A DNA stretch of 32,000 nucleotides, taken from positions 2,580,001 to 2,612,000 of the forward strand of contig NC_020304.1 of the NCBI RefSeq assembly GCF_000341395.1, in the 5' to 3' direction. Below the pieces are notes generated by a model. That model searched no databases. It saw only the letters and a list, made by a program, of their open reading frames with translations, and had not been told where the DNA came from. This DNA is from Desulfocapsa sulfexigens DSM 10523 (lineage in GTDB: Bacteria; Desulfobacterota; Desulfobulbia; Desulfobulbales; Desulfocapsaceae). A program made the translations under genes and the position numbers. Below are positions 8,125 through 17,019 of the stretch, piece by piece (within the stretch, counting starts at the first letter, position 1; each line of letters starts with the position of its first letter).

Positions 8125-11100
8125 TTACTCTTTGTTCACGGGCGTTACCTCTGTTGTCTCATTCCTCTTCACAGCTGTCTTTCCTGAAGGAGTAACGACT
8201 CTGCGTTTTCGTACTATTGGTTTCTTTTTTGGCTTTGGTGGAGCTTTTTTCCAGGTACTGGTTTCACTGAAACAATCCCAGCCCCAGCGCAGCCAGCGAA
8301 GAAGTGCAATGGCAAGCCAGAGTGCCCAGAGGAGCATACTGATACGATAGGTGAGCAGTGGTACCGTTATGACCCATGCTGATGGCAGGAGGAAGTCAGC
8401 CCTGTCCTGGTACCAGTGGAGAGAGTGGCCATTTGAGCCATTACCACCGATCTGCATATCCGGATGACCGAGGAGTCCCTGTTCGATAGCGAAGAACAGT
8501 GCTCCAAGAGCGGCGAAGGTGAGGAGAACAAGGACAACCTGCATTATATTGAAAGTGGCTGTCTGGGTTATTTCATGACCTTTTTTTCTACGTAACCCGA
8601 GGAGAAGCAGCCATGCAACTACCACCGCAGCAATGGGTGCTGGAACCTGGCTCAGGCCAAGACTCAGAAGGAGCCATTGTAAGGTGTTTAAGGGGGTAAG
8701 TTTGACGCGTCCAAGGAGCAGGGCAATAAGAATAATAACCAGCAATTCTCCCCAGAAGAGAACCGCAGGACCTACCCGTGGTCCTCCTGTTAAGAGAATC
8801 CAGCGGGAGGAGGGGACGGTCATCTCAATGGATGCATTAACACTTTTGATCCCGAGGTCAATGGTTTCTGTAGTCAGTCTGGTACCGACGCCCTGTTTAC
8901 TGCGCCATCCTATTTCCAGATTTTGCGGTCCGGGTTGTATTGGAAAACTCAGCTGACCGTTATTCAACTGTAATGGGAACTCTTTGCCATTTATCAGGGT
9001 TTTTTGTAAATCGATATCTGGAGGCAGGGTGATACTGTGCTGTAGGCCACGGCTCGCATTGAGGGAGACAAAGAGTGTTGTTTCGGTAGCACGCAGACCC
9101 GGTTTCACCACAACTTTGCTTCGATTAACTGTCATTGTGGGGCCGGTAACTCCCTTAGGGCGGCTGATGGCGAGTTGCAGGGATTCACCAGGATACGGAT
9201 GGTACTCCGGATAGCGTTTCCCGGCTGGATTGGTCTGGTTTATTTCCGGCAGGCCCTGCGTTTCCACATGCCAGATTGGGCTTACGTCAAGAAACCAGAT
9301 CTCGGTCCAGGAGGAAGTGAGTGGCGCCGTGAGCCTGATTGAATCAACCGGATCCATTGAGGAGTGGAAGGTAAAACTCTTCTGTTTGGACCCCATATTG
9401 ATTCGAGCATGCTGTTTTCTGAGTTGGAGGCCAGCGCTGGTGACATGTTCTCCGGGGAGAAGCGGAATGTCGAGGGCAATAACAGTGTCAGGACTGAGAC
9501 GTATGATTCTGGTGGAAACCGTCCACTTTAACCCCATATGGAGTGTCCGTTCGATCCTTACGAATGCTGGTATCTGGATGGTGTCAGCATCGTCTGTCCC
9601 GGCATTGTCTTCCCTGGCAGCAGGCGTAATTCTGCTGAGACTGATCTGTTTATCCAGACGACCATCTTCGTGAAGGCCATTAATCGACCAGTCATTAAGG
9701 AGTGCCTGTCCCTGTCGCGGTAATACAGGAAAAGAAAAAGAGGCTTTATCCTGACTGTTTAGTTGTTTCTGGAGCAGTATAGTGTGGCTGCCTTGCTCAA
9801 CACGGATAAGAGAATAGCCCTGGGAATCCAGACGTACAATTTGTGCCGGCTGTCCATCGAGGGTGATCCTGGGGAAAAATCTGTTTTCTCCAGGAAGGGT
9901 GATAGCCCCCCTGATAAGAGAATCAACCTGGAGTTCAACTGTCAGCAGGTTCTCCTCTGTACGGATAATGCAGTTGCTGATTGTTGCACACTGGTCACCA
10001 CATTCCGGTGCCCTCAGGAGCCTTTCCTGTAATTCTTGGAGGATTTCAGGAGGGGGGACTTCTGCCGATGCATGTTGGGGGCTAAAGACAATTGCAATGA
10101 GAAATACAAGAGAAGCTCCAAGGGTTTTAGTCTGCTTAGAGACACCTGTCCTGCCACTGGATATCAGAAACTTCCTGAGAAATCCCCCAATGAGCAGGGT
10201 AAGCAGAAAAACTCTTACAAAGGCCAGGACGGTGTTGCTGAATGGGGTAAGAAAAAAGAATGAAATATTCTGTTCCGGACTCACAGGGCCATTCCAGCTC
10301 AGGTAGATCTGCTGCCACTTCCAGTCGGGAAGTCCAGGCCCCGTTTGAATCATATCCTGTGGATCAATCTGTATGCTTTTGGGTTTTTCAGGTACCTGGC
10401 TTGTGCCCAGGCTGTAATAGGCCTGTTTTCGAACGGTCTTGCTCCTGGGTTGAGGTAAAGCAGCGGATTCCGTCAATGAGGCGTCATGTTCCATGGTGGG
10501 TGAGGCGAGTGGGAGGTGTTCACTATCCGTCTGGTATTCGTTGGTAATTCTAAAATGATCGCCATATTCGAGCTGTGGGTAAATTCCCACACGTATTTGG
10601 TTAATCATATAGGGAACGGAGCTTACGATGATTACAATGAGTATTACCAGACCGGCCATTCTACAGAGTCGTTTTCCGGTCGTGGCCGTGATGACCTGCT
10701 GCATGGCGAGAAGGCCAAGGAGTGGCAGCCAGAGATAGCGTGGCGACCCTTGTTGGTGAAAGGAGAAAAAAAGAAGAAGAATCGCAATCCCCCCCCATCC
10801 AAGTCCCAGGATTCTTGATGTGGCCAGGCCAATGATCAGAACCATGAAAATATCGAGCAGAGTCCAGCGATTAAGCCATGTCGACACCCTGTCAACCCCC
10901 GTGGTGGTGAGCAGTTTCCACCCGGGTGGCAAGTTCAGTTCCATGGAGAGCTGTTGGAAGGTATGATCCCAGCCGAGCGCAGGGATTTCAAGACATCCCT
11001 GTGAGACATTTTTTTGAATACGCGATTCTGCATACAGTTCAAGGCTGCCCTGTCGTACTTCGACACCTGTCCTGTCAGAGTCCTTAAGTTGGGTGATAAG

Positions 11101-12321
11101 TCTTGAACTTCCTTCGACCTCTACTTTCCCCAGGATAAGTGATGGATTAACGTTAAGTCGCCAATCACGCGTCATGGTTCCGCTGAGAGCATCATACGCG
11201 GTGAGTCCGCTTCCCTGCTCATCAAGCCATATTTTTCGATGGATCTTGAGGCGGTTTGGTACAGGGTTGGGATTGCCTCGATTTTTTTGAGTGAGGGTCA
11301 TAACCCCTTCGGCTGTGATCAGATATGCGGGGAAATTTCTCCATTTTTCCGGAAGTGAGGTACGGGAGGGATCTAGCGGGGAGAGGGTATTGATTTCAAT
11401 CTGGCGTAATTTGGGGTCTGCTTCAAAGACCCATATCTCTTCAGTGGGCCAGGTGCCATCGATATCTCCCATGGTCAGGGTCGCTGGAGAGAGCGGTTCA
11501 CTGTTTCTCAGGGTCAACTGGATTTGCCATTGACCCGGTCGAACCTGGATCTGCAGTCTGCCACTGCTATCAATGCGTACCGGAAGTGGAGAGTTCAATA
11601 GTAGCGGAATGAAGGGATTACCCGTTTTGAGTCCGAGGGTCTCCTGACGTGGGTTGCCGGAAACGATCAACTGGATATGTAACTGCTGAGTTAAGGGAAC
11701 ACCGTCAGTGATTTTACGGAAGACTTGAAGAGTAAGACTTTCTTCACTGTTTTTTTGTGTTTCCTTAGTATGTTTGAACCACAGCCTGCCCTGTTGATCG
11801 AGTTGCAGGCGTGTTACTTTTTTACCTAGAAGTGTGAGGTGGACGAGTCCGGTTTCTGCGGGGACAAGGAGATTTTCGGGAAGGCTATTCCATGCAAAGC
11901 TTCCTGTTATTGTATGAGCGCCGGGATCAAGCCAGATGGCTGGGCGCCCCCGATCAGTGCTTACAAGAAGTTTCTTTTCACCGGATTGTACATTGAAAGG
12001 CCAGAAGGGAGTGTTGCCCGGAAGTAGAACCAGGCTTCTGGTTTCAATCAACCATTTCTGGCTGAAGGTTGCTCCGTCCTCACGTACATTCAGCTCAATC
12101 TCCGAGGGCCATGTGCAGTAACGTCTGCTGCTCTCTGTGGTATCGATACTACATAATTTTTCTTCCTGGTCGTAGAGGACCCAGGGAATCCACTGTTGTA
12201 ATTCGGTTGGAATCCTGCTCTCTGCCAGTGAATGCGACGGAATGGATGTCATGCTGACGAGTAAAAAAAACTGAAGTAACAGGATGAAATGTTTACATAC
12301 AGGCCTGAGGGAGGTTCTCAT
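8125..12321 (-). CDS. Giant hypothetical envelope protein (1398 aa) made of two homologous modules, each a signal/anchor segment + large ectodomain + TM bundle
   Basis: This is one uninterrupted ORF. I moved the start to ATG 12321 (MRTSLRPVCKHFILLLQFFLLVSMTSIPSHSLA, a signal peptide) because the track start is a TTG at 12387. TM clusters lie mid-protein (LLDIFMVLIIGLATSRILGLGWGGIAILLLFF..., MAGLVILIVIIVSSVPYMI, VLAFVRVFLLTLLIGGFL, LGASLVFLIAIVFSPQHASA) and at the C-terminus. The tail is Lys/Pro-rich (KKAPPKPKKKPIVRKRR). I recognise no family or catalytic motif. Confidence 0.8.
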   Translation of the reverse strand: MRTSLRPVCKHFILLLQFFLLVSMTSIPSHSLAESRIPTELQQWIPWVLYDQEEKLCSIDTTESSRRYCTWPSEIELNVREDGATFSQKWLIETRSLVLLPGNTPFWPFNVQSGEKKLLVSTDRGRPAIWLDPGAHTITGSFAWNSLPENLLVPAETGLVHLTLLGKKVTRLQLDQQGRLWFKHTKETQKNSEESLTLQVFRKITDGVPLTQQLHIQLIVSGNPRQETLGLKTGNPFIPLLLNSPLPVRIDSSGRLQIQVRPGQWQIQLTLRNSEPLSPATLTMGDIDGTWPTEEIWVFEADPKLRQIEINTLSPLDPSRTSLPEKWRNFPAYLITAEGVMTLTQKNRGNPNPVPNRLKIHRKIWLDEQGSGLTAYDALSGTMTRDWRLNVNPSLILGKVEVEGSSRLITQLKDSDRTGVEVRQGSLELYAESRIQKNVSQGCLEIPALGWDHTFQQLSMELNLPPGWKLLTTTGVDRVSTWLNRWTLLDIFMVLIIGLATSRILGLGWGGIAILLLFFSFHQQGSPRYLWLPLLGLLAMQQVITATTGKRLCRMAGLVILIVIIVSSVPYMINQIRVGIYPQLEYGDHFRITNEYQTDSEHLPLASPTMEHDASLTESAALPQPRSKTVRKQAYYSLGTSQVPEKPKSIQIDPQDMIQTGPGLPDWKWQQIYLSWNGPVSPEQNISFFFLTPFSNTVLAFVRVFLLTLLIGGFLRKFLISSGRTGVSKQTKTLGASLVFLIAIVFSPQHASAEVPPPEILQELQERLLRAPECGDQCATISNCIIRTEENLLTVELQVDSLIRGAITLPGENRFFPRITLDGQPAQIVRLDSQGYSLIRVEQGSHTILLQKQLNSQDKASFSFPVLPRQGQALLNDWSINGLHEDGRLDKQISLSRITPAAREDNAGTDDADTIQIPAFVRIERTLHMGLKWTVSTRIIRLSPDTVIALDIPLLPGEHVTSAGLQLRKQHARINMGSKQKSFTFHSSMDPVDSIRLTAPLTSSWTEIWFLDVSPIWHVETQGLPEINQTNPAGKRYPEYHPYPGESLQLAISRPKGVTGPTMTVNRSKVVVKPGLRATETTLFVSLNASRGLQHSITLPPDIDLQKTLINGKEFPLQLNNGQLSFPIQPGPQNLEIGWRSKQGVGTRLTTETIDLGIKSVNASIEMTVPSSRWILLTGGPRVGPAVLFWGELLVIILIALLLGRVKLTPLNTLQWLLLSLGLSQVPAPIAAVVVAWLLLLGLRRKKGHEITQTATFNIMQVVLVLLTFAALGALFFAIEQGLLGHPDMQIGGNGSNGHSLHWYQDRADFLLPSAWVITVPLLTYRISMLLWALWLAIALLRWLRWGWDCFSETSTWKKAPPKPKKKPIVRKRRVVTPSGKTAVKRNETTEVTPVNKE

Positions 12322-12545
12322 TTTCGGGATCCAGAGTGAGGGGGATAGTATTATTGGAAGCTGTCTTTTCAGTATAGCTGGCAACAAAAAGCTTTGTCAA
12401 ATATACAGCTGTGGAGAACTCTCTTTTGGTGTAACATGCCTCTAAAACCAAATATCACTATAAAAGATGTTCCCCGAAGAAAACTGTCACTAGATTCTTA
12501 TGCGTGGCTGAATGGTAATTGAGTTTCTAACAAAAAGGAGAAGCA

Positions 12546-13574
12546 TTGTCCAGGTCGGTTACTTTTAAAGAGCTTTTTCCCTGTCCCACGGTTCAATTTG
12601 TTGATGTACGTTCTCCTGTAGAATTTTCTCAGGGACATATTCCTGGAGCCGTAAATATTCCCCTCTTTACAGACGATGAGCGCGCCAGAATCGGTACCAT
12701 CTATAAACAGGTGGATCAGGAACAGGCCCTGGCTCTTGGCGAGGAAATTGCCAGGCCAAAGGTCGAGCAAATTATCACCCTTATCGAGGAAATGTTGCCG
12801 GCTGATATTGTCATCTATTGCTGGAGAGGTGGGAAGCGAAGCAGTGAAGTCTGTCGTTTGGTAAATGAGGCAGGAGTTGCGGTCAAACGTTTGCATGGAG
12901 GATACAGGGCCTATCGTCGTGGAATCAGAAGCTGTATCGAACAGCCACGGAAATTATGTATTCTTGGTGGAAAAACAGGAAGCGGCAAGACTGCTATTTT
13001 GCAAGGGCTTCAGGCGCAGGGAATACAGGTGATCGATCTAGAGGCTCTGGCCCACCATAAGGGGTCAGTTTTTGGTCATATTAACGAGGGAGCACAACCG
13101 ACCACGGAGCAGTTTGAAAACGATTTCCACCAGGAACTGCAAAGACTTGATCCTGAGAACGTACTGCTTCTTGAAAACGAGAGTTATGTTATCGGCTCAG
13201 TCCATCTTCCCCCACCCTTGCTTTTGCAGATGCGGGCAGCACCTCTGCTGATAATCGAAGTGCCGGTGGAAGCGAGAATTGATCGTCTGGTTCAGGAATA
13301 CAGCACTACCGATAGGCAGGAGTTGACCGAGGCCTGTCAGCGTATTGCACAGAAATTGACCCGGCCAAGATTTCTGGAAATAATTGATTGTATTGAGAGA
13401 GACGATTTGAGAACTGCCTGTGAGCACCTCCTGGTATATTACGATTATTACTATAATCGTGGAATTGAGAAACGAAAAAACCAGGAAATTTCTTTTTTGT
13501 CCCTGAGTGGTTTTGCTCTTGATGATGATATTACAAGAGTTAAGGATACTGTAATAATACAACATGCAGTCTGA
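12546..13574 (+). CDS. selU: tRNA 2-selenouridine synthase (SelU/MnmH/YbbB)
   Basis: The N-terminal rhodanese domain has the active-site loop IYCWRGGKRS. It is followed by the P-loop GGKTGSGKT and the HKGS(V/A)FG motif. The start is TTG with AAAGGAG just upstream. Confidence 0.85.
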   Translation: MSRSVTFKELFPCPTVQFVDVRSPVEFSQGHIPGAVNIPLFTDDERARIGTIYKQVDQEQALALGEEIARPKVEQIITLIEEMLPADIVIYCWRGGKRSSEVCRLVNEAGVAVKRLHGGYRAYRRGIRSCIEQPRKLCILGGKTGSGKTAILQGLQAQGIQVIDLEALAHHKGSVFGHINEGAQPTTEQFENDFHQELQRLDPENVLLLENESYVIGSVHLPPPLLLQMRAAPLLIIEVPVEARIDRLVQEYSTTDRQELTEACQRIAQKLTRPRFLEIIDCIERDDLRTACEHLLVYYDYYYNRGIEKRKNQEISFLSLSGFALDDDITRVKDTVIIQHAV

Positions 13575-13681
13575 CATAATATGAGCTGCAGTTGTCCAGG
13601 TGGCAAGCAGTATCCGATTGAAAAAGGCAGTGCCGTTTTCCATGCTGGACACTGCTTATTCAGTTAAAAGGTTTATTTCGT

Positions 13682-13836
13682 TCAATCACCACCTACCTGA
13701 TTTCCTTGAGCATCACTTCCAGGTCCTATTTCCTGACCATTTTCATGTTGGACTTTATCTCCACCAGCCCAAACGGGTGCAACGGCTACACTTAAAAAAG
13801 AACTAAAGAGGCCATAAGTGCCAATAATCTTCTCAT
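13682..13836 (-). pseudogene. Mini-gene for a secreted 51-aa peptide, interrupted at a T6 run (frameshift, sequencing error or -1 slippage)
   Basis: GGAG lies 8 nt upstream of ATG (13836-13834). Frame 0 reads MRRLLALMASLVLF and then TAA. The -1 frame continues LSVAVAPVWAGGDKVQHENGQEIGPGSDAQGNQVGGD to TGA (13684-13682). The junction is CTT TTT TAA (T run 13799-13794). Joined, the two parts give a canonical Sec signal peptide with a VWA/GG cleavage-like site. Confidence 0.3.
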
Positions 13837-14123
13837 TGTAGGATCTCCTTTAAAATCTGAGGTTTGTTTTTGCCAATACCACAGGGAGTGGCACGGTCTT
13901 TTTCAACTCACATTAATTTGCGTTTGTTTGTGTAGATCACCGGTGAAAAATATTCAATGCTACAGTGTCGTACTGGTGTGTTTTGTTAAGGGAATTTATG
14001 AATATGCTTGAAACACAGCATGTTATGAAGAATGAAAAAACAGTATGGTGAGTGTGCTTAAGTTATCAGGATGCCTGGTTGTGTTGTAAGAGCATGTTTT
14101 TATTGAATAAGTTATGGGTTAAT

Positions 14124-15002
14124 TTATTGGTAAAGAATGGCTCTTATCTGTTTTATTCCCTCGAGAATTCGCCTGGTTGGTCGTGAAACCAGCTGTTCAT
14201 CAACAAGAGATATCTTTCCTTCTCGTATTGCCCTAATAGCAAGGAATCCAGGTTCCTCGGCAATCTGTTGGGTCGTGACACGATTCATTCGTCCCTCTTG
14301 GGCGAGAAAAAAATCTATTTCATCAGCGTGGAAGAGGATACGTTCTTTTCCGTATGCGGCAATGTTGGTGTCTCTACGAGCGGTGGCATCCGTGGCAATG
14401 TTTATGCCGCCAGCCTGTTCGAGCGCAAATATTGCAATAGATGTGGGAGAGAACGTCTTCATTTTCGAGTGAATAGATTCAAAATAGACTTTTGGCCGAT
14501 TCTGGAGAGGAACCATTTGGGTGGCCTGGTGAATCTTTTGAAGCTCATTGTTAAACTCTGCAACCATTTGAGCAGCCGCTGTGTTTCTCCCAGTGAGGCT
14601 GCCGAGTTGTATCCAGTAGGCAAGCATTTCGTCGATACTGCGTGGCTGCAGCGAGATAACCGTTATCCCGGCCTCTTTTAGCTGGTCAATGAGCTGAGGG
14701 ACAGCATTTGCGATCATGGGTCTGATCAGGACCAGATCTGGACCTGCAGCGATGAATTTCTCAGCATTGTCGCGATGGCTGAAACGTTGTTTACTGAGAA
14801 TTTCAGGAGGGTAGGTGTCGCTGGTTGCGATCCCTATCAGTTCCCCTGTTATTCCGAGGTCAGCGAGGTTCTCCGTATGGGCAGGATAGAGTGAAATAAT
14901 ACGTGAAAATGAGGGTTTGGTGTCGCTGCCATGGAGAGGGGAGCAGGACAGAGCGGAATGGATCAGTGTCACAAGGATGAGAAGACGTAAAATATTGAGC
15001 AT
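14124..15002 (-). CDS. ABC transporter periplasmic substrate-binding lipoprotein, BtuF/FhuD-like (Peripla_BP_2; cobalamin/heme/iron-chelate type)
   Basis: I moved the start to ATG 15002 (MLNILRLLILVTLIHSALSC, signal + lipobox), 1 nt after the ATPase stop. RIISLYPAHTENLADLG ... PDLVLIRP ... are typical of this family. Confidence 0.8.
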   Translation of the reverse strand: MLNILRLLILVTLIHSALSCSPLHGSDTKPSFSRIISLYPAHTENLADLGITGELIGIATSDTYPPEILSKQRFSHRDNAEKFIAAGPDLVLIRPMIANAVPQLIDQLKEAGITVISLQPRSIDEMLAYWIQLGSLTGRNTAAAQMVAEFNNELQKIHQATQMVPLQNRPKVYFESIHSKMKTFSPTSIAIFALEQAGGINIATDATARRDTNIAAYGKERILFHADEIDFFLAQEGRMNRVTTQQIAEEPGFLAIRAIREGKISLVDEQLVSRPTRRILEGIKQIRAILYQ

Positions 15003-15003
15003 T

Positions 15004-15795
15004 TTATTGATACTGATAGTGAATTTGCGGACGCCCGTTTCTGGGAGTGCGGGTGACGTTTGCCCTGACGGAAAAGACGTTCTGGAGGAGGTCTCTGGTG
15101 AAAATTTCAGCCACCGGGGCATTGGCGAAAAGAGTCCCATCCTTGAGTACCAGGCAGTCATCACAAAATGCCGCTGCTAAATTAAGATCGTGGATGGCAG
15201 CAATAACGGTGAGTCCAGTGTTGTCAACACGTTCACGTATCACCCTCATGATGGCAATGGTGTGCTGAATATCAAGGTTGGAGGTTGCCTCGTCAAGGAC
15301 CAGAACTTCTGTTTCCTGGGCAAGGGCTCTTGCCATGACCACTCGCTGTAATTCTCCGCCGGAAAGGGCGATAACGGGGCGATCCCGGAGATGGAGAATA
15401 TCCATGGTTTCCATGGCCTGTTCCACAGCCGCTCTATCGTGGGCTGAAGGTGATGAAAATCTTGGAATATGGGGATGGCGTCCCATAAAAACAACGTCCC
15501 TGACACTGTATTCAAAGTCCATTGAAAAGTGCTGGGGGACGAGCGCCAGCCTGACTGCCAGTTGCTGGCGTGAATAATCGCTTAATTTCCTGCCTCTGTA
15601 TTTGATAGATCCTGAACGGGGAGGAAGGGTTGCCATAAGGAGTTCAAGGAGTGTGGACTTGCCACTGCCGTTGGCACCAATCAGGCCATAAAATCTTCCC
15701 TGTTGCAGTTGGAGGTCGAGATTTCTAAGCACCGTATTGTTACGATACCCAAAGGAAAGATTCTCGATATGAAAAAGAAGTCTTTTGTCCCTCAT
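15004..15795 (-). CDS. ABC transporter ATP-binding protein (FecE/BtuD-like)
   Basis: Walker A is GANGSGKST, the ABC signature is LSGGELQRV and Walker B is VLVLDEATSNLD. ATG 15795 overlaps the permease stop (ATGA coupling). Confidence 0.9.
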   Translation of the reverse strand: MRDKRLLFHIENLSFGYRNNTVLRNLDLQLQQGRFYGLIGANGSGKSTLLELLMATLPPRSGSIKYRGRKLSDYSRQQLAVRLALVPQHFSMDFEYSVRDVVFMGRHPHIPRFSSPSAHDRAAVEQAMETMDILHLRDRPVIALSGGELQRVVMARALAQETEVLVLDEATSNLDIQHTIAIMRVIRERVDNTGLTVIAAIHDLNLAAAFCDDCLVLKDGTLFANAPVAEIFTRDLLQNVFSVRANVTRTPRNGRPQIHYQYQ

Positions 15796-16838
15796 GATAC
15801 ATTTGCCAGCTGTTTTTTGCGGAAGATGTAACAGAAAAACGGTCCACCGATAAGGGAGGTCAGGACACCAATTGGGATCTCGGATGGCAGAAGGGCACGG
15901 GTGATAGTGTCGGCCCCAAGAAGGAGGGTGGCCCCCCCCAGGAAACATGCGGGAAGGAGAATCCGATTGTCGGGGCCAAGAATCATACGCAGAAGATGAG
16001 GGATGATGAGACCCACAAAACCAATGATTCCGGAAACTGAGACACAGATGGCGGTGATCAGTGAGGCGCCCACCAGGAGCATCTTTTTGACTCGGCCGCT
16101 TTCAACACCCAGAGTATTTGCCGTGCGTTCCCCTAGCGCCATAATGTTCAGATCACGAGCAAAGTAGAGGGTGAAGAGAAGTCCAGGCATGACAATTACC
16201 GAGGTGCTGAGAACATCGCTCCAGGTCCTGCCGACAAAACTGCCCATAAGCCAGAAGATAATGATGCTTACCTGTTCATCTGCAAGGTATTTTATGAATC
16301 CGATACCGGCAGAAAGAATAGCTGCAATAATAACCCCGGAAAGTATCAGGGTGTTGGATGAAAGTTTGTTATCGGTCGAGGCTAGGGAGAAGACTCCGAT
16401 AAGTGTGGCAATGGCACCAATAAATGCAAAGATCGGAATTGAAAACCATGCTGGAACAACAACACCGAAGAGGGTCAGGATAATGGCAAGCGAGGCGCCA
16501 AAAGCAGCACCGGATGATATTCCAAGAGTGTAAGGGTCGGCCAGCGGATTTAAGAGGATGGCCTGAAATACGGCTCCAGCCACGGCAAGACCACCGCCAA
16601 CAAGCGCCGAGGTAAGAATACGGGGCAAACGTACCTCCATGACAACAAACGGAAAGGTGGGATTGATGGTGGTGGAGTCTCTGCCAAGGAGTTTGTTCCA
16701 AAGAATTTCAAGGACCTCTCCGGGGCTGATCTGTAGGAATCCCATCCCGGTTGCGGTAATAATTGCTGCACAGAGGATGAGTAGTAACAGTGCTAGTATG
16801 AGTAGTGGTTTTGTACCGGTCATTGTGTAAAATGGCAT
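15792..16838 (-). CDS. FecCD/BtuC-family ABC transporter permease
   Basis: This is a 348-aa polytopic protein. RLPRILTSALVGGGLAVAGAVFQAILLNPLADPYTLGISSGA is the hallmark FecCD motif. Confidence 0.9.
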   Translation of the reverse strand: MPFYTMTGTKPLLILALLLLILCAAIITATGMGFLQISPGEVLEILWNKLLGRDSTTINPTFPFVVMEVRLPRILTSALVGGGLAVAGAVFQAILLNPLADPYTLGISSGAAFGASLAIILTLFGVVVPAWFSIPIFAFIGAIATLIGVFSLASTDNKLSSNTLILSGVIIAAILSAGIGFIKYLADEQVSIIIFWLMGSFVGRTWSDVLSTSVIVMPGLLFTLYFARDLNIMALGERTANTLGVESGRVKKMLLVGASLITAICVSVSGIIGFVGLIIPHLLRMILGPDNRILLPACFLGGATLLLGADTITRALLPSEIPIGVLTSLIGGPFFCYIFRKKQLANVS

Positions 16839-17019
16839 GGGAGGGCTGAGAAAGATTGATGGAAAGTAATAGTGAAGATGGGAGTTTTTGTCAATCTCCT
16901 TATCTTGTGAGGGAATTACTCTGGAAATGAATCGGATGAACTGTTAAAATGAGGGCGTTCTATTTATGGAGTCTATATGGGTAATAAATCTGAAAACTAT
17001 ATTTAAAAGTGGAGCCGTC

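Noticed and set aside
8633-12257. Many 60-147-aa plus-strand ORFs antisense to the giant gene. Similar antisense ORFs lie inside the M16, SppA, ABC and SDR genes.
   Set aside because: They lie entirely within long, coherent opposite-strand ORFs. They have no SD sequences or recognisable motifs, and are typical shadow ORFs.
13197-13652. A 151-aa minus-strand ORF overlapping the 3' part of selU.
   Set aside because: It is antisense to a well-supported gene and its Ile/Asn-rich composition reflects the complement of selU codons.
13889-13904. A perfect sigma-54 -24 element, TGGCAC, on the plus strand (TGGCACGGTCTTTTTC).
   Set aside because: The -12 position reads TTTT with no GC dinucleotide. 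No plus-strand gene lies downstream.
13998-14051. A 17-aa plus-strand mini-ORF (MNMLETQHVMKNEKTVW) with AAGGGA upstream, just after the shared motif.
   Set aside because: It is too short to evaluate and has no supporting features apart from a possible long-range hairpin plus a T-run at about 14090-14100. It is mentioned only as context for the motif finding.
16839-17019. A possible cobalamin riboswitch in the leader of the BtuCDF-like ABC operon.
   Set aside because: The leader is only about 180 nt and I could not find a B12-box-like GCCACTG core on the minus strand. Only a weak imperfect hairpin is present. A cmscan would settle it.
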